Origin: Prasinococcaceae sp. CCMP 1430
Taxonomy: Eukaryota; Plantae; Prasinodermophyta
DNA length: 64,000 nt
Direction: 5' to 3'
Assembly: GCA_013416795.1 (NCBI GenBank)
Contig: RQSC01001045.1
Span: forward strand, 41,312 to 105,311
The translations under genes and the position numbers were made by a program. The notes below the pieces were generated by a model that searched no databases, was not told the DNA's origin, and saw only the letters and a list, made by a program, of their open reading frames with translations. Below, piece by piece: positions 50,495 to 60,960 of the stretch; positions within the stretch are counted from its first letter, which is position 1; each line of letters begins with the position of its first letter.

Positions 50495-51916
50495 GTGCGC
50501 CCATCTCCCCGCGCCCTCTGCCGCGGAACGCCGGGACTCCACAGCGGCCCGCCGCGCCTTCCGGCTGCGAAATGCCATCAACGCGAATCGACGAAAAACT
50601 GGCCGCCGGCCCCAGCCAGCGGCCCACTCCGGCACTCCCCCGCGGATCGATGGGCCGATGGCGATTTTCGACGCCGCAGATTTGTGTGTGTTTTTCTTCG
50701 ATGCTCATTTTGTCTCTCCTCTGACTGACTGATCGGCGCTGCGGTGCGGTGCGGGCGCCCACCGAGGCGATTTTTTTTCCCTGGCGCCGCGTCTGCTCCA
50801 TCGCGCGCGGTAAAATCGGCGCGCCAATCAGTTCATTCATCCCATGCGTTTTTTCATTCTGTGTGCGCGCGCGTGCGCTGAAATGACAGGTGGATGAGCT
50901 GACTTTTTGATTTATTAAATTATTATGGAATTCTTCGAACGGACACGTGACAAATTCCGGAGGGCGGCGCGCGCCCGTCCGGAGAGTCGGGGGTGCGCGT
51001 GGGTGCGTTCCGATGGGCTCCGCCCGCTCCGCCGCGCCGCGCTCCGCGACCGAATCCGAATTCCGCGCGTCGCCGCGGCGGCTGCGGCGCGATCCGCCCG
51101 CGCGTCGAAAAAATGACAACCAAAAAAAAGAAGATTCCGTCCTGGCAGCAGCGGCGCGAGAGCGCGTGGCAACCATCCGTTTTCTCTAACGGGCGGCGTC
51201 AGCGCGTCCGCGGGAGCTGGCGTACGCGCACGGCAACGGGCAACAGACAACGGGCGGGGCGGGGCGGCGTCCGGGCGCAGCCCTGCACACACGTGGTGTT
51301 GCTGTGCCGATAGCCGTGCCTCCAGCTCGGAGTCCGGAGCCGTTGTGCGCGTGCCGCACGTGGTGCCGCCGCGCGCGAACAGGGGGGCGTGCAACGTTGC
51401 CGAGCTGCAGACGGAGCCGCAAACCGCGGACACATTTCGAAGCGCGCCGCTATCCGTTGGGGCGTGGCGACGGCGACCCGAGCCGTGCAAACGTGCCCCC
51501 GCGGGCCAGGGCGCCCGTTTTTGGTAGGGCGTTCCGCGAAATGGACCGAATTCCCAACAGGCGTGCTGCGGCTCCACGTGCACGCCACGTCACAGGGCGC
51601 GCTGATTGGATGGGGCACTGGCGCGCCGCACGTGTTTTTTTGTCTACTTTTTTAAATCGTTGATAAGATGATGGGCACGCGTGAGCATCATTGTTCCCTG
51701 TCGGGCCGGATTCTTCATCCCTTCTGGAAAAAAATTGCACGGACAGATCGGCAGGCTTAAGGCCGCAACCGCTATGTTCCATCCGCTTGATGGGGGGACC
51801 ACACGGCCCGTGCGCGGCTGTCGAGGCACGCCGTGCGCTCGCACGCCACCTGCGGGCGCTTCCCTTCCATGCCAGCCGGCGGACAGGGAGGAGGGCGGTG
51901 TGAGCTCGTCGCTCGA

Positions 51917-52757
51917 CTACTCCTTGGCCTCGTCGTCGTCGTGAACGAGCTCCTCGGCGACGAGGGTGGCGAAGCGCTCGAGCTTCTTGGCCTCGGCTTC
52001 GGTCATCTCCGGGTAGTGTAGAGGCACCTGTAGGTTGCCCTCGAAGAGCTCGTCCGGGACCTCGTCGTCCTTCGCGAATCGCGATGAGGGGCGGCGGTCA
52101 GGCTGCTGTCAGCGACGGGGCGCGTGCGCGACGCCGCGCGGCAGCGGTGCGAGAGCTCGGCGGCTCTCCGATAGCAACGTCGCAGGCGATGCGTCAGGCC
52201 TCCTCGCGCGCGTCATGGAATACCTTGAAGCGCCCCGCGACAGCGCGCACGGCTGACGCGACCACGCCGATCGGGGATGTGTTCGCCACGGTCTGCTCGC
52301 CGTGCTTCCCGAAGTCCTGCGTGATCTCCCCGGCCTCGCCAGAGCCCGAAGGGGTGGGCAGATCCGCTTCTGAGTCGCTGGTGGAAGCAACGAGCCCGTA
52401 GGCGGCGGCGCTGCGCACCGCGCCTGCCATGCGATCGATGCGCCTGCGATCGTCCTTCGAGAGCGGCGTGCCCGAGTATGGCTGCAGGGTAAACTTCACA
52501 CCCTTGTCATCCGGAACGCTGAAGATCTCCCACGCGGCCTCCAGGAGGTAGCGCACTGCGCCGCGCAGGCCACCCGCGGTCGCCTCAGCTTCCTTCGACT
52601 CGGAGGATGCGCGCGCGCGCACGCCCAAGCCGCGGGCGCTCTCAGCGGCCTGGCCAGTGCGCGCCGCCGCGCGCCGTGCGGACGAGCGCGGTGGCAGGCG
52701 CGCCGCGCGCTTGTGCGCGGCGGCGCAGCTCCTGGCGGTCGGTGACGCGAACGCCAT
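51917..52757 (-). CDS. Small plastid-targeted protein of unknown function; probable intron about 52070-52223
   Basis: Transit peptide MAFASPTARSCAAAHKRAAR...RARAS, core VRYLLEAAWEIFSVPDDKGVKFTLQPYSGTP, GTATTC donor, acidic last exon ending DDDEAKE*. Confidence 0.7.
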
Positions 52758-52934
52758 GCTGCCACTGCCGTCTGTGAGAATCGATGGGAGAGGAGGATGC
52801 GCGAGCAAGAGAGCGCGTCCGCGCAGCGTCGCAGCTGCGGCCTGGTGCGCAAGGCAGAGGCGCGTCGCCGCGGGCGGCTGCTCGGGCGGGCACGCAGGCG
52901 CGGTGGACGGGCGGCGGGGCGACCGGGCGGGCGC

Positions 52935-53505
52935 NNNNNNNNNNNNNNNNNNNNNNNNNNNNNNNNNNNNNNNNNNNNNNNNNNNNNNNNNNNNNNNNNN
53001 NNNNNNNNNNNNNNNNNNNNNNNNNNNNNNNNNNNNNNNNNNNNNNNNNNNNNNNNNNNNNNNNNNNNNNNNNNNNNNNNNNNNNNNNNNNNNNNNNNNN
53101 NNNNNNNNNNNNNNNNNNNNNNNNNNNNNNNNNNNNNNNNNNNNNNNNNNNNNNNNNNNNNNNNNNNNNNNNNNNNNNNNNNNNNNNNNNNNNNNNNNNN
53201 NNNNNNNNNNNNNNNNNNNNNNNNNNNNNNNNNNNNNNNNNNNNNNNNNNNNNNNNNNNNNNNNNNNNNNNNNNNNNNNNNNNNNNNNNNNNNNNNNNNN
53301 NNNNNNNNNNNNNNNNNNNNNNNNNNNNNNNNNNNNNNNNNNNNNNNNNNNNNNNNNNNNNNNNNNNNNNNNNNNNNNNNNNNNNNNNNNNNNNNNNNNN
53401 NNNNNNNNNNNNNNNNNNNNNNNNNNNNNNNNNNNNNNNNNNNNNNNNNNNNNNNNNNNNNNNNNNNNNNNNNNNNNNNNNNNNNNNNNNNNNNNNNNNN
53501 NNNNN
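52935..53505. other. Assembly gap (about 570 N)
   Basis: Run of n. Confidence 1.
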
Positions 53506-54601
53506 GGCGCGCGGCCGACGCGCTCGCGGCCCTCTCGGGCGAGCACGGCGCCGCCGCGAGCAAGGCGCGGACCTCCATGCTGCCCTCCAAGCAAGCGATG
53601 GCGTCCTTCGCGCTGCTCGGGCTCGTGGGCGTCGCGATGAATATGATGTGCTTCACCGCGGGGACTGCGCTCACTTCACCCGCTGTCGCCGCGTCCGTGC
53701 AGCCCACCGTGCCCGTCTTCACGTTCGTGCTCGCCATCTGCACGGGGCTCGACAGCGTGGCGCCACGCAAGGCGGGCGGCAAGCAGAAGCTGCTTGGCAT
53801 GATCGCGGCCACGCTGGGCGCATGGGTGAACGCCACCTGGCTCGGGCCCGAGCTCATCAGCGCGGGCGGCCAGCCTGACCTCGCCGCGGCGAGCCACAGC
53901 GCGGCGGCCGGCGGCAACGCCATCTACCAGCGCATGCTGCCCGAGGAGACGCAGCCATTTGCGCACGCCGTGGGTGTGCTCTCGCTGCTGCTCAATTGCT
54001 TCGCGATCGCCGCCTACCTGAGCCTGCAGGAGCGCCTGCCCGTGCAGGACTACTCGACGGTCGTGGTGACCGCGTGGACGTTCGCGCTCGGCCTCGTGCC
54101 GGTGGCGTGGCTCGCCCTGCTTCGCACGCCCGACCCTCTGAACTGGCTGCTCAGCTACAAGGAGCTCTTCGCGGTGATGTACGCGGGCGCGGGCCCCTCG
54201 GCCGTCAACTTCTTTCTGCTGAGCTACGCCACGAGGTGCGCTGCCTCTCTGGGGGCCTCTGCGCGATACGCTCTGCCGGCGCGCCGCATTCCCGCTGACA
54301 GTGCTGCGCCCACCTCCCTCCGCGTTGCTGTGTGGTTGCGCTCGCTCGATCGCTCGCCTCCAGAAATGTGGGCCCATCGATCACCGCGGCGTACCTACCG
54401 CTTCAGCCACTCGCTAGCAGCACGCTGCAGTTCCTGATCCTGGGCGCGCCCGTGCGTGCGGGTAGTGTTGCCGGGGCTACGCTCGCGCTCTTCGGCGTCT
54501 ACCTGGTGATGCGTGGCAAACGCATCGCCGAGAAAGCAGCAGAGGCCAGCGCAGCAAGGACCCAAGGAAGCAAGAGACTCGGCGTGCCGTCGCGCGTGTA
54601 G
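53506..54601 (+). CDS. EamA/DMT (WAT1/UMAMIT-related) transporter; 5' end in the gap; intron 54236-54363
   Basis: LGLVGVAMNMMCFTAGTALTSPAVAAS...PVFTFVLA, KLLGMIAATLGA, R|NVGPSITAAYLPLQPLASS...LG....GS..G..L..FGVYLV. Confidence 0.88.
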
Positions 54602-54838
54602 CATATGCCCAAACCAACCAATGCCGTGTACACAAGTCATTGTTCCATACCCTGAGCAGCAGGCACTGACGGAAGACGCGACGCGATGTTTCCTGTGATT
54701 TTACGGTGTCATGCGCGACGCCTGTGCGCGAGCAGCGCGAAAGGTGTGGGGGCGAGCCCCCCCGCCCCTCACCTCCTCAGCGGGCGGCACTTGCCTCCGA
54801 GGAGCGCGCTCGCTCACTACGTCTCGAGGTCGAGCTTG

Positions 54839-56869
54839 TCATTCCTCGACCGGCACGTCCTCGACCCCGGCCGTCTCAAGCTCGCGCTGCAGCGCCTCAA
54901 GCGCGCCGCCCTCGGCCTCGACAGGCTGCACTTTCGCGGTCGACTGTGCGGCCGCCGACGCGAGCGCCCCCGTTTCGCTGCCTAGCGCCGCGTGCAGCTC
55001 CCGCTCCATGTCCTCAAAGGAGCGGGTCTCTGCTGGTGCGGGCTTGGCATCAGCGGCCATCGCTACGGTCGCAGCCGACGCGGCCGACGGCAGAACGGCC
55101 CTGAGCTCGAGCGACCTCCGCAGCGACGCGGACTCCTTCGCTAGCTTCTCGGGCTTGAAGGTGCATGCCTGCCTCTCGAGTTCCTGCTGCTTGCGCTTGA
55201 GCGCGCTCAGCGCGCGCTCGCGTGCCTTTTGCTCGGCCATGAGCGCCTCGTGCACTGGCTGCCCGGGCACGCGCCGCCTGGCGGCGAGCTGCCTGGACCG
55301 CTCCGAGATGCGTGGCTTGAACGAGGGTTTGTGCACCTGCACACTGCGCTGCGACGGCGCAAGGTACTGACGCGGCGCGCGGCCTGGCTCGTCGGTGACG
55401 ACCGTCATGAGCTCCACAAAGGCCTCCTCACGGAGCGCAGATCCCGTCCCGGCTTCCGCGAGCGCCGTCGCAACCTCCTTGACGTCCTCGCGCACTTCGG
55501 CGTCGAGGCTGTCCAGGTCGGCCGTGGCGAGGTCCACCATGCCCGCGCCGCTCGTGTCGAGGCACTTGAAGATCTGCTTGAACCGCCGCTTGCGCGAGGC
55601 CGCGATCACCTCACGGGAATGGTCGGTCATGCCCATTATCTCGTCAACGGGTCCCTTTGCGACCTTGCTGAGGGCGCCCAGGCGCTCCTCGTGCACGCGC
55701 CCCGCCTCAAGTAGCCTGTCCTCTACGGGCGTGATCTCCTCGTCGTGCTCCCCGCCATTGCGCTCGCCGCCCGACGCCGCGCGCCCTTGGCCCTTCGAGC
55801 TCAGGTTGGGCCTGAATGTGACGTCCTCCGGGAACCACGAGGCGTACTCCTCGTAGCGCATTCGCCGGCGCTCGGCGTCCTGGTACAGCTGGTCGTGCGT
55901 CGTGGCCTGGGCGGCCTTCAGCATGTCGGTGCGCTGGCGCATGATCTCCCTGGAGCGCTGCGAGAGCTTGGGCTTGAAGGTGCAGTCGGCCACCTCGGCG
56001 GCCTCCTTTTCGCGGCGCAGCTGCTCGAGTCTGCGCGCCTGGGCGTGCGATAGCCTCGCGGTGGACGCGAGCCGTTGGGCGACATTCTCGTCCCCGAAGC
56101 GGCGTATCGCACGAGCATGCTCAGAAATCAGCGGCTTTGAGCGCAGCTCGGCCTCCTCCGCGCGCCGCTTCTCTTCGGCGGCCAGCTCCGCCCGCCGCTT
56201 GCGCGCCTGGGCCTGCAGCACGCCCTCAACATAGAGGCGCTCGCCATAGTTGCCGAACTCGCCAGCCGTGCGCCCGGCCATCATCTGCTGGCTGGCCTCG
56301 GTCATCTTGTTCTGCTCGCGCTCACGCTGCAGCTCGCGCTCTTCTGCCGCCGCCTTGGCGTTCGCCGCGGCCTGCCTGCGCGCCCGCGTCACCTCGGCGA
56401 GCGCGTACAGGCGATTGTGCACGCCGCGCGCCGCCAGCGATGGCGCAGACCCCGGGCGCGCCGAGACCGCGCTGCTCTGCCGGTTGGCGGCGCTCGAGCC
56501 GAAGGGCGTGCGCTCCGGCGCCCGTCCCGCAGCCACCTTCTTCTTCGGCGCGGCGCTCTTCGCCTTCTTCGTCACTTTGGTCTTCCGAGGGGCCGCCTCC
56601 GCCGGCGGGGGGGCGCTGTCGCGGCTGTGCGTCGATGACCGCGAGTTCGCGCGCGTGGCCGCCGCGAGGTTGTCGCGAATGTGCTGGGCGAGCGGCCCCG
56701 TCACGCCGTCCTCCAGCCCGTGCTCCGCCACGAACGCCCGCGCGACCTCCTCCGGGTCGTCGGCCTCGCGCATCTCGATGTGCCCCACGCGGCCGTCGCC
56801 GATCTCCACCGTCATGAGCAGCACGACCGGCGCGCCGCTGCCTCGGTGCGACGACGCGACGGCCGCCAT
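54839..56869 (-). CDS. Coiled-coil protein with an N-terminal small globular domain, repeated (T/S)F(K/R)P motifs and an EF-hand-like loop
   Basis: LLMTVEIGDGRVGHIEMREADDPEEVARAFVAEHGL; CTFKPKLS, VTFRPNLS, PSFKPRIS, CTFKPEKL; IFKCLDTSGAGMVDL. Confidence 0.75.
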   Translation of the reverse strand: MAAVASSHRGSGAPVVLLMTVEIGDGRVGHIEMREADDPEEVARAFVAEHGLEDGVTGPLAQHIRDNLAAATRANSRSSTHSRDSAPPPAEAAPRKTKVTKKAKSAAPKKKVAAGRAPERTPFGSSAANRQSSAVSARPGSAPSLAARGVHNRLYALAEVTRARRQAAANAKAAAEERELQREREQNKMTEASQQMMAGRTAGEFGNYGERLYVEGVLQAQARKRRAELAAEEKRRAEEAELRSKPLISEHARAIRRFGDENVAQRLASTARLSHAQARRLEQLRREKEAAEVADCTFKPKLSQRSREIMRQRTDMLKAAQATTHDQLYQDAERRRMRYEEYASWFPEDVTFRPNLSSKGQGRAASGGERNGGEHDEEITPVEDRLLEAGRVHEERLGALSKVAKGPVDEIMGMTDHSREVIAASRKRRFKQIFKCLDTSGAGMVDLATADLDSLDAEVREDVKEVATALAEAGTGSALREEAFVELMTVVTDEPGRAPRQYLAPSQRSVQVHKPSFKPRISERSRQLAARRRVPGQPVHEALMAEQKARERALSALKRKQQELERQACTFKPEKLAKESASLRRSLELRAVLPSAASAATVAMAADAKPAPAETRSFEDMERELHAALGSETGALASAAAQSTAKVQPVEAEGGALEALQRELETAGVEDVPVEE

Positions 56870-58093
56870 GTCGAGCGCGCCGCGTCGCGCGGCAGCAGGC
56901 GCCTCCCCCTCCCCGCGCCGCGCGCCGCCCCTTTTGACCCGTCCGGGCGCAAATCGGCGCTTTTTCGGCGCGCGAAGGCTGGGCGGCCGCACGATGAAAT
57001 GACGCCGCGGCGCGGGCGGCCGACGTTTTTCCGACGGGACGAAAACAGTCGTAACGCCGCCAGTCCAGTATGTGCATGCATGTGGATCTTTACGCACACG
57101 GCTCGAAAATTACGAGTGGAAGCAGTAAAAATGCCGCGGTCGGGTTGTAGGCGCGGGTGCCTCCGGGGGGCAAAAAAAAACGCAGAATTTTCGATCAGAC
57201 GTCCCTCCGTGATTTCTTTTCGGGGATCGCGAGGGGGGAAAACTGCTTTTTGGGGGGCCGGACGACACAATGAATGGCGCGGCGGCCAACAAAAAAATCG
57301 GTCGCCGCGCGACGCGTCGACAGACGGGCGCCGCGCGCGCCGAGATCGAGATCGGTCGTCTCCCCACGTGGGTGTGCAGAGAGGCACGGAGGTCCCACGA
57401 CCGCGGGATTTGGCAGCAGTCGGCTGCCTCGCGTCGAGCCCGAGCCATCGACGGGGGGCGGGGGGAGCGGGCGCGCGCGCGGCGACGTGCCAGCCAGCGC
57501 TGCAAGCCTGCTGCCCGCGGCGCCGGCGCGCGGCTCGCCCACCCTGCCAGCCCCCGGGGGAGAGGACGCCGAGGCAGAACGGGCCCGACCTCGTTCGCGG
57601 CCGGGGCTCGCACCGCACCGCACGGGCACAGCGCACGCTCCGGGCGACGCCGCCCCGACTTTCCGCTGGCTCGCGCGCTCGCGCTCGCGCCGCGATTCCG
57701 GGGAAAAGTCTCCCGGCCTTCCCTCCGCGCGGAAACCGCGGACGCGCGCGCGCGAAAAGCCCACGCCGCCCGAACCAAAAAAAAAAATGGGCTTTTCGCC
57801 TTTTTTTTTTTCCTCGCGGCGCCGCTTGTGTCCCCCAGCTGACGGCACGCACGCCGCCCCAACGGTTAAAAAAAAGTCGGGGTGGAATGTGATGTGGTCG
57901 GAGGCGCGCGCGGCCTTTTGATGCGAATTCGCATGGGATATTAACCCTGACGGCCGAATCGGGGCGACACGGAACCCCAAAAATGTCGTTTTGGAGTTCG
58001 GGTTGGTGTCGGCGGACCGAGCGACCGCGACGCGCTCGCGCTCGCCGGCCCCGGTGTGAAATCAGAAGATCAGGGTCATTCGGCAGAATGACC

Positions 58094-58218
58094 GGGGGGG
58101 GGGGGGGTGTTACCGCATGACATACCTGGTACGGAGATGGTCATCCCGGGTCTAGACGACTCACCGCACACGTGGCTCTTCCGCGAGCCACTTTATGCGC
58201 GCGCGGCGCCCGCCCGTG

Positions 58219-58255
<37 letters not shown>
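58094..58255. repeat. Poly-G (58094-58107) and poly-C (58222-58255) tracts; an 8-bp perfect hairpin GGTCATTC-GGCA-GAATGACC (58074-58093) directly precedes the G run
   Basis: Direct reading. Confidence 0.9.
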
Positions 58256-58258
<3 letters not shown>

Positions 58259-58429
58259 TGCCGCCCGCCCTGTCCTCCTCCGCCCTCCGCCTGACCCTCG
58301 AGGGGGGGGAGGGGGAGGCGCGATTGGGTGGAGAAGGGGTGCGGGGAAGGGGAAGGGGAGAAGGGATTGGGAGCGGCTCGCGGCGGCGGCGGCGCCGCCG
58401 CGCGCGGCTCGCTTGCGCGCGCCGAGGGC

Positions 58430-60931
58430 ATGAGCTTCCTGGCGGGCGGCGAGGACAGCGCTCGGGGGATCAAGCAGACGCGCAGCGTGTTCGCGCGCGT
58501 CGCGCAGTCGTTTTTGGTCAAGTCGCGCACCAAGGGCCGCCAGAAGCGCGCCAAGTCGGACGCCGTCGCGGCGAACCTGCTGCGCACGTTCGACGCGCAC
58601 GCCGACGATGGCCTGGGCCAGGCCGCTGCGAGGCCGGTGGAGTTTGACGATTTCACGGAGGAGGGGTGCGATGCCGATGCGCTCGTGGAGGAGCGCTGGC
58701 ACTCACACGGGGAGGCAGGGGTGCGAGCGCTGGCCGATGAGACGGCAGCGCTCGAAAAGGTGGGCGAAGAGCAGCTGCAGCGCACGATGCGCGCGCACTA
58801 CCCAGACTTCATACGGCTGAGCGAAGCCGTCGAGGAGGAGAAGGGCAACATGGCAGAGCTGCGCCGAGCGCTCGCGAGCGTCACCGCGGCGCTGCCGGCC
58901 GTGACGGACGAGGGCAGCCGCACCGCATCGCAGGAGAGGACGGCGTCGGGCGCCAGCGCGGGCGCGCCGACCCACGCATTCCCGCCGGACACGCCCGCGA
59001 GCAAGATGCGCCGCACGTCCACCTCGGAGGGGCCGCTTGCGTCGCCGGCGAAGCAGCGCTCGCGCAGGGCGCGGAACGGCGCTCCCACGCCGGCGGAAGC
59101 ATGGGAGGACACGCTGCGCAAGCTGGACATCATGCTGGGCTCGCGACAGCTCGGGGCAGCGCAGCGCGCGCTTACGAGCGCTGAAGCCCAGGCCGCACAG
59201 CTGGCTGAGGGCCTTCGTGCCGACGATCCGACCTCGTCGCGCGCTCCCGAGCGCGAGCTGGCCGCCCGCCGCGCTGAGCTCTTCAAGCTACGCGCGGCGG
59301 CGTGCCGCGCACCTGGCATACCGCGCGCGGAGCTGCGGGAGAACGTTGCCGCAGTGCTCGCGCTAGGCGGCGGCGCCGAGGCGGTGTCGCTGATGCTGAA
59401 CGCTCACACCCTCCGCCTGCACCAGGCTCTCGCCGAGGCGGCGAGCGGGCACGTGGCCGGCGGAGGGCAGCGCCACGGCCTCAACGCGAGATGCGCTGTC
59501 ATCTCGCGCGCTGCATTCGCTGCTATCAGCGATGCCACGGAGGACTGCACCCTTCCCTTCGGCGACGGCGGAGGCATGCACGCGTCAGCCCTGGTGAAGT
59601 GGGCACTATCGGCAGCCAAGGACGCCGCGAGCACCCTGGATCGAGAAGTCTTTGCCGAGGCCGCGGCGGTCGGTGGATTCTCTGTGGTGGCCGAGTCGTA
59701 CGCGGTGGTGATGGCGCACGCGGCGGTGCTGGAGAAGCGCAAGGGACTGTGCCTCGGCGGACCGCTGCGCACGGCCTTGTGGCCGCGGGTGCTGAGTGCG
59801 CTGGATGACGCCTTGGCTGCGCTGGATGCGTCTATACCCTCGCTGGTAATCGCCATGCGCCACGAGGCTCTGGGCGAGTCGGACGGCGTCAGCACAGATG
59901 CCCTGGAGAAGGCGCTGAGGACCATCTCAAACGCCACGCGCTTCGTCCCCGGGTCTGATGTGGTTGCCAAGCTGGCGGTTCTGCTCGGCGAAATCTGCAA
60001 GACATACTGCGAGAGGCTCGTGGAGGCGGTGGGAGAAATAGCCGATGCCAACCAGCTCCCGAGCGCCGCATCCCTGCTGCGCGGCGCCGGCGCCGGAACC
60101 AACAAAGTCGCGGTCGCCACAGGCGCGGAACTTGCGCTCGTGAATGCCGGCGTCAAGGGGTGCACCGCAACCATTCCCGACGCCCTGGTCGCGACGGGTG
60201 ACACCGCGCCTGAGAGCGCCGAGGGCGACGCCGTGCGCTGGGCGGTCAAAGTGCACATGGAGCGACTGCAAGGGCAGTGTTCCGAGGCCCGCGATCTACT
60301 GCAGCAGGCGGCTCGCGAGGCACGAGTGCGCGCGCTCGCACGAGCACACGTGCTGCTCAAAGCCGAGGCGTACGCGGCAGCCGACGGCGTCATAGCGACG
60401 GCCACGCCCGAGGCGGACGATGACAGCGCGGACGCCGGCGCCAGTGCCGACGATGGCCGGAAGGCAGCTGGCGGCGGCACTGATAGCGCCGAGTGTTACC
60501 CATCACCGTGCCTCAATGCGCTGGCCACCGCTCTTGCCGAGGTGGCGGCGGTGTCGACAGCGGCACCGCCGCTGGCTGGCGGGCGCCGCGGCACTGCGGC
60601 ATACATGGGCGACCTGCTCGCAGGGCTCATGACAGAGATTGAGGAAGATGAGTCGCTGTGGGCGCCATTCGAGGACGGTCGCCTGACGCTCGGTGCCAGG
60701 GGCCTCCAGCAGGTGTCGCTGGACGTACACTTCCTGCTCGCCGTGGCTGCGCTTCACGGCTGGGACCTCTCCAAGGGCGTGCGCGCGGCGCGGAAGGCAG
60801 CCAGCCGGATAACAGCGCGCGCACTCAAAGCCCACTGCAAGACCACCGGTGCAAACCCCAAGCTCGCGCTGCCGTCGGACTCCGCTGTCGACGCCATGGC
60901 CAAGAGCGCCGCGGAGCGCCTCGTGGCGTAA
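58430..60931 (+). CDS. EXO84: Exocyst complex component EXO84
   Basis: EFDDFTEEGCDADAL...EQLQRTMRAHYPDFIRLSEAV (Vps51-like N-terminus), LVKWA...F, LCLGGPL...W, LWAPFEDGRLTLGARGLQQVSLDVHF match plant EXO84. Confidence 0.87.
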   Translation: MSFLAGGEDSARGIKQTRSVFARVAQSFLVKSRTKGRQKRAKSDAVAANLLRTFDAHADDGLGQAAARPVEFDDFTEEGCDADALVEERWHSHGEAGVRALADETAALEKVGEEQLQRTMRAHYPDFIRLSEAVEEEKGNMAELRRALASVTAALPAVTDEGSRTASQERTASGASAGAPTHAFPPDTPASKMRRTSTSEGPLASPAKQRSRRARNGAPTPAEAWEDTLRKLDIMLGSRQLGAAQRALTSAEAQAAQLAEGLRADDPTSSRAPERELAARRAELFKLRAAACRAPGIPRAELRENVAAVLALGGGAEAVSLMLNAHTLRLHQALAEAASGHVAGGGQRHGLNARCAVISRAAFAAISDATEDCTLPFGDGGGMHASALVKWALSAAKDAASTLDREVFAEAAAVGGFSVVAESYAVVMAHAAVLEKRKGLCLGGPLRTALWPRVLSALDDALAALDASIPSLVIAMRHEALGESDGVSTDALEKALRTISNATRFVPGSDVVAKLAVLLGEICKTYCERLVEAVGEIADANQLPSAASLLRGAGAGTNKVAVATGAELALVNAGVKGCTATIPDALVATGDTAPESAEGDAVRWAVKVHMERLQGQCSEARDLLQQAAREARVRALARAHVLLKAEAYAAADGVIATATPEADDDSADAGASADDGRKAAGGGTDSAECYPSPCLNALATALAEVAAVSTAAPPLAGGRRGTAAYMGDLLAGLMTEIEEDESLWAPFEDGRLTLGARGLQQVSLDVHFLLAVAALHGWDLSKGVRAARKAASRITARALKAHCKTTGANPKLALPSDSAVDAMAKSAAERLVA

Positions 60932-60960
60932 CTGTATTAAATGTCATATTACGCGCACGG

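Noticed and set aside
50641-50648. Plant histone-promoter octamer CGCGGATC
   Set aside because: A single GC-rich 8-mer is expected by chance, and no histone gene is nearby.
38333-50728. Long antisense ORFs (38333-40366, 45507-47312, 48485-50728; also 1279-2715 and 27207-30743)
   Set aside because: Shadow frames caused by high GC and codon bias on the opposite strand. They carry no domain motifs, apart from the S1 segment treated separately.
58120-58200. U1 snRNA-like start (ATACCTGG...GGAGAT)
   Set aside because: It lacks ATACTTACCTG, the loop I/II sequences and the Sm site.
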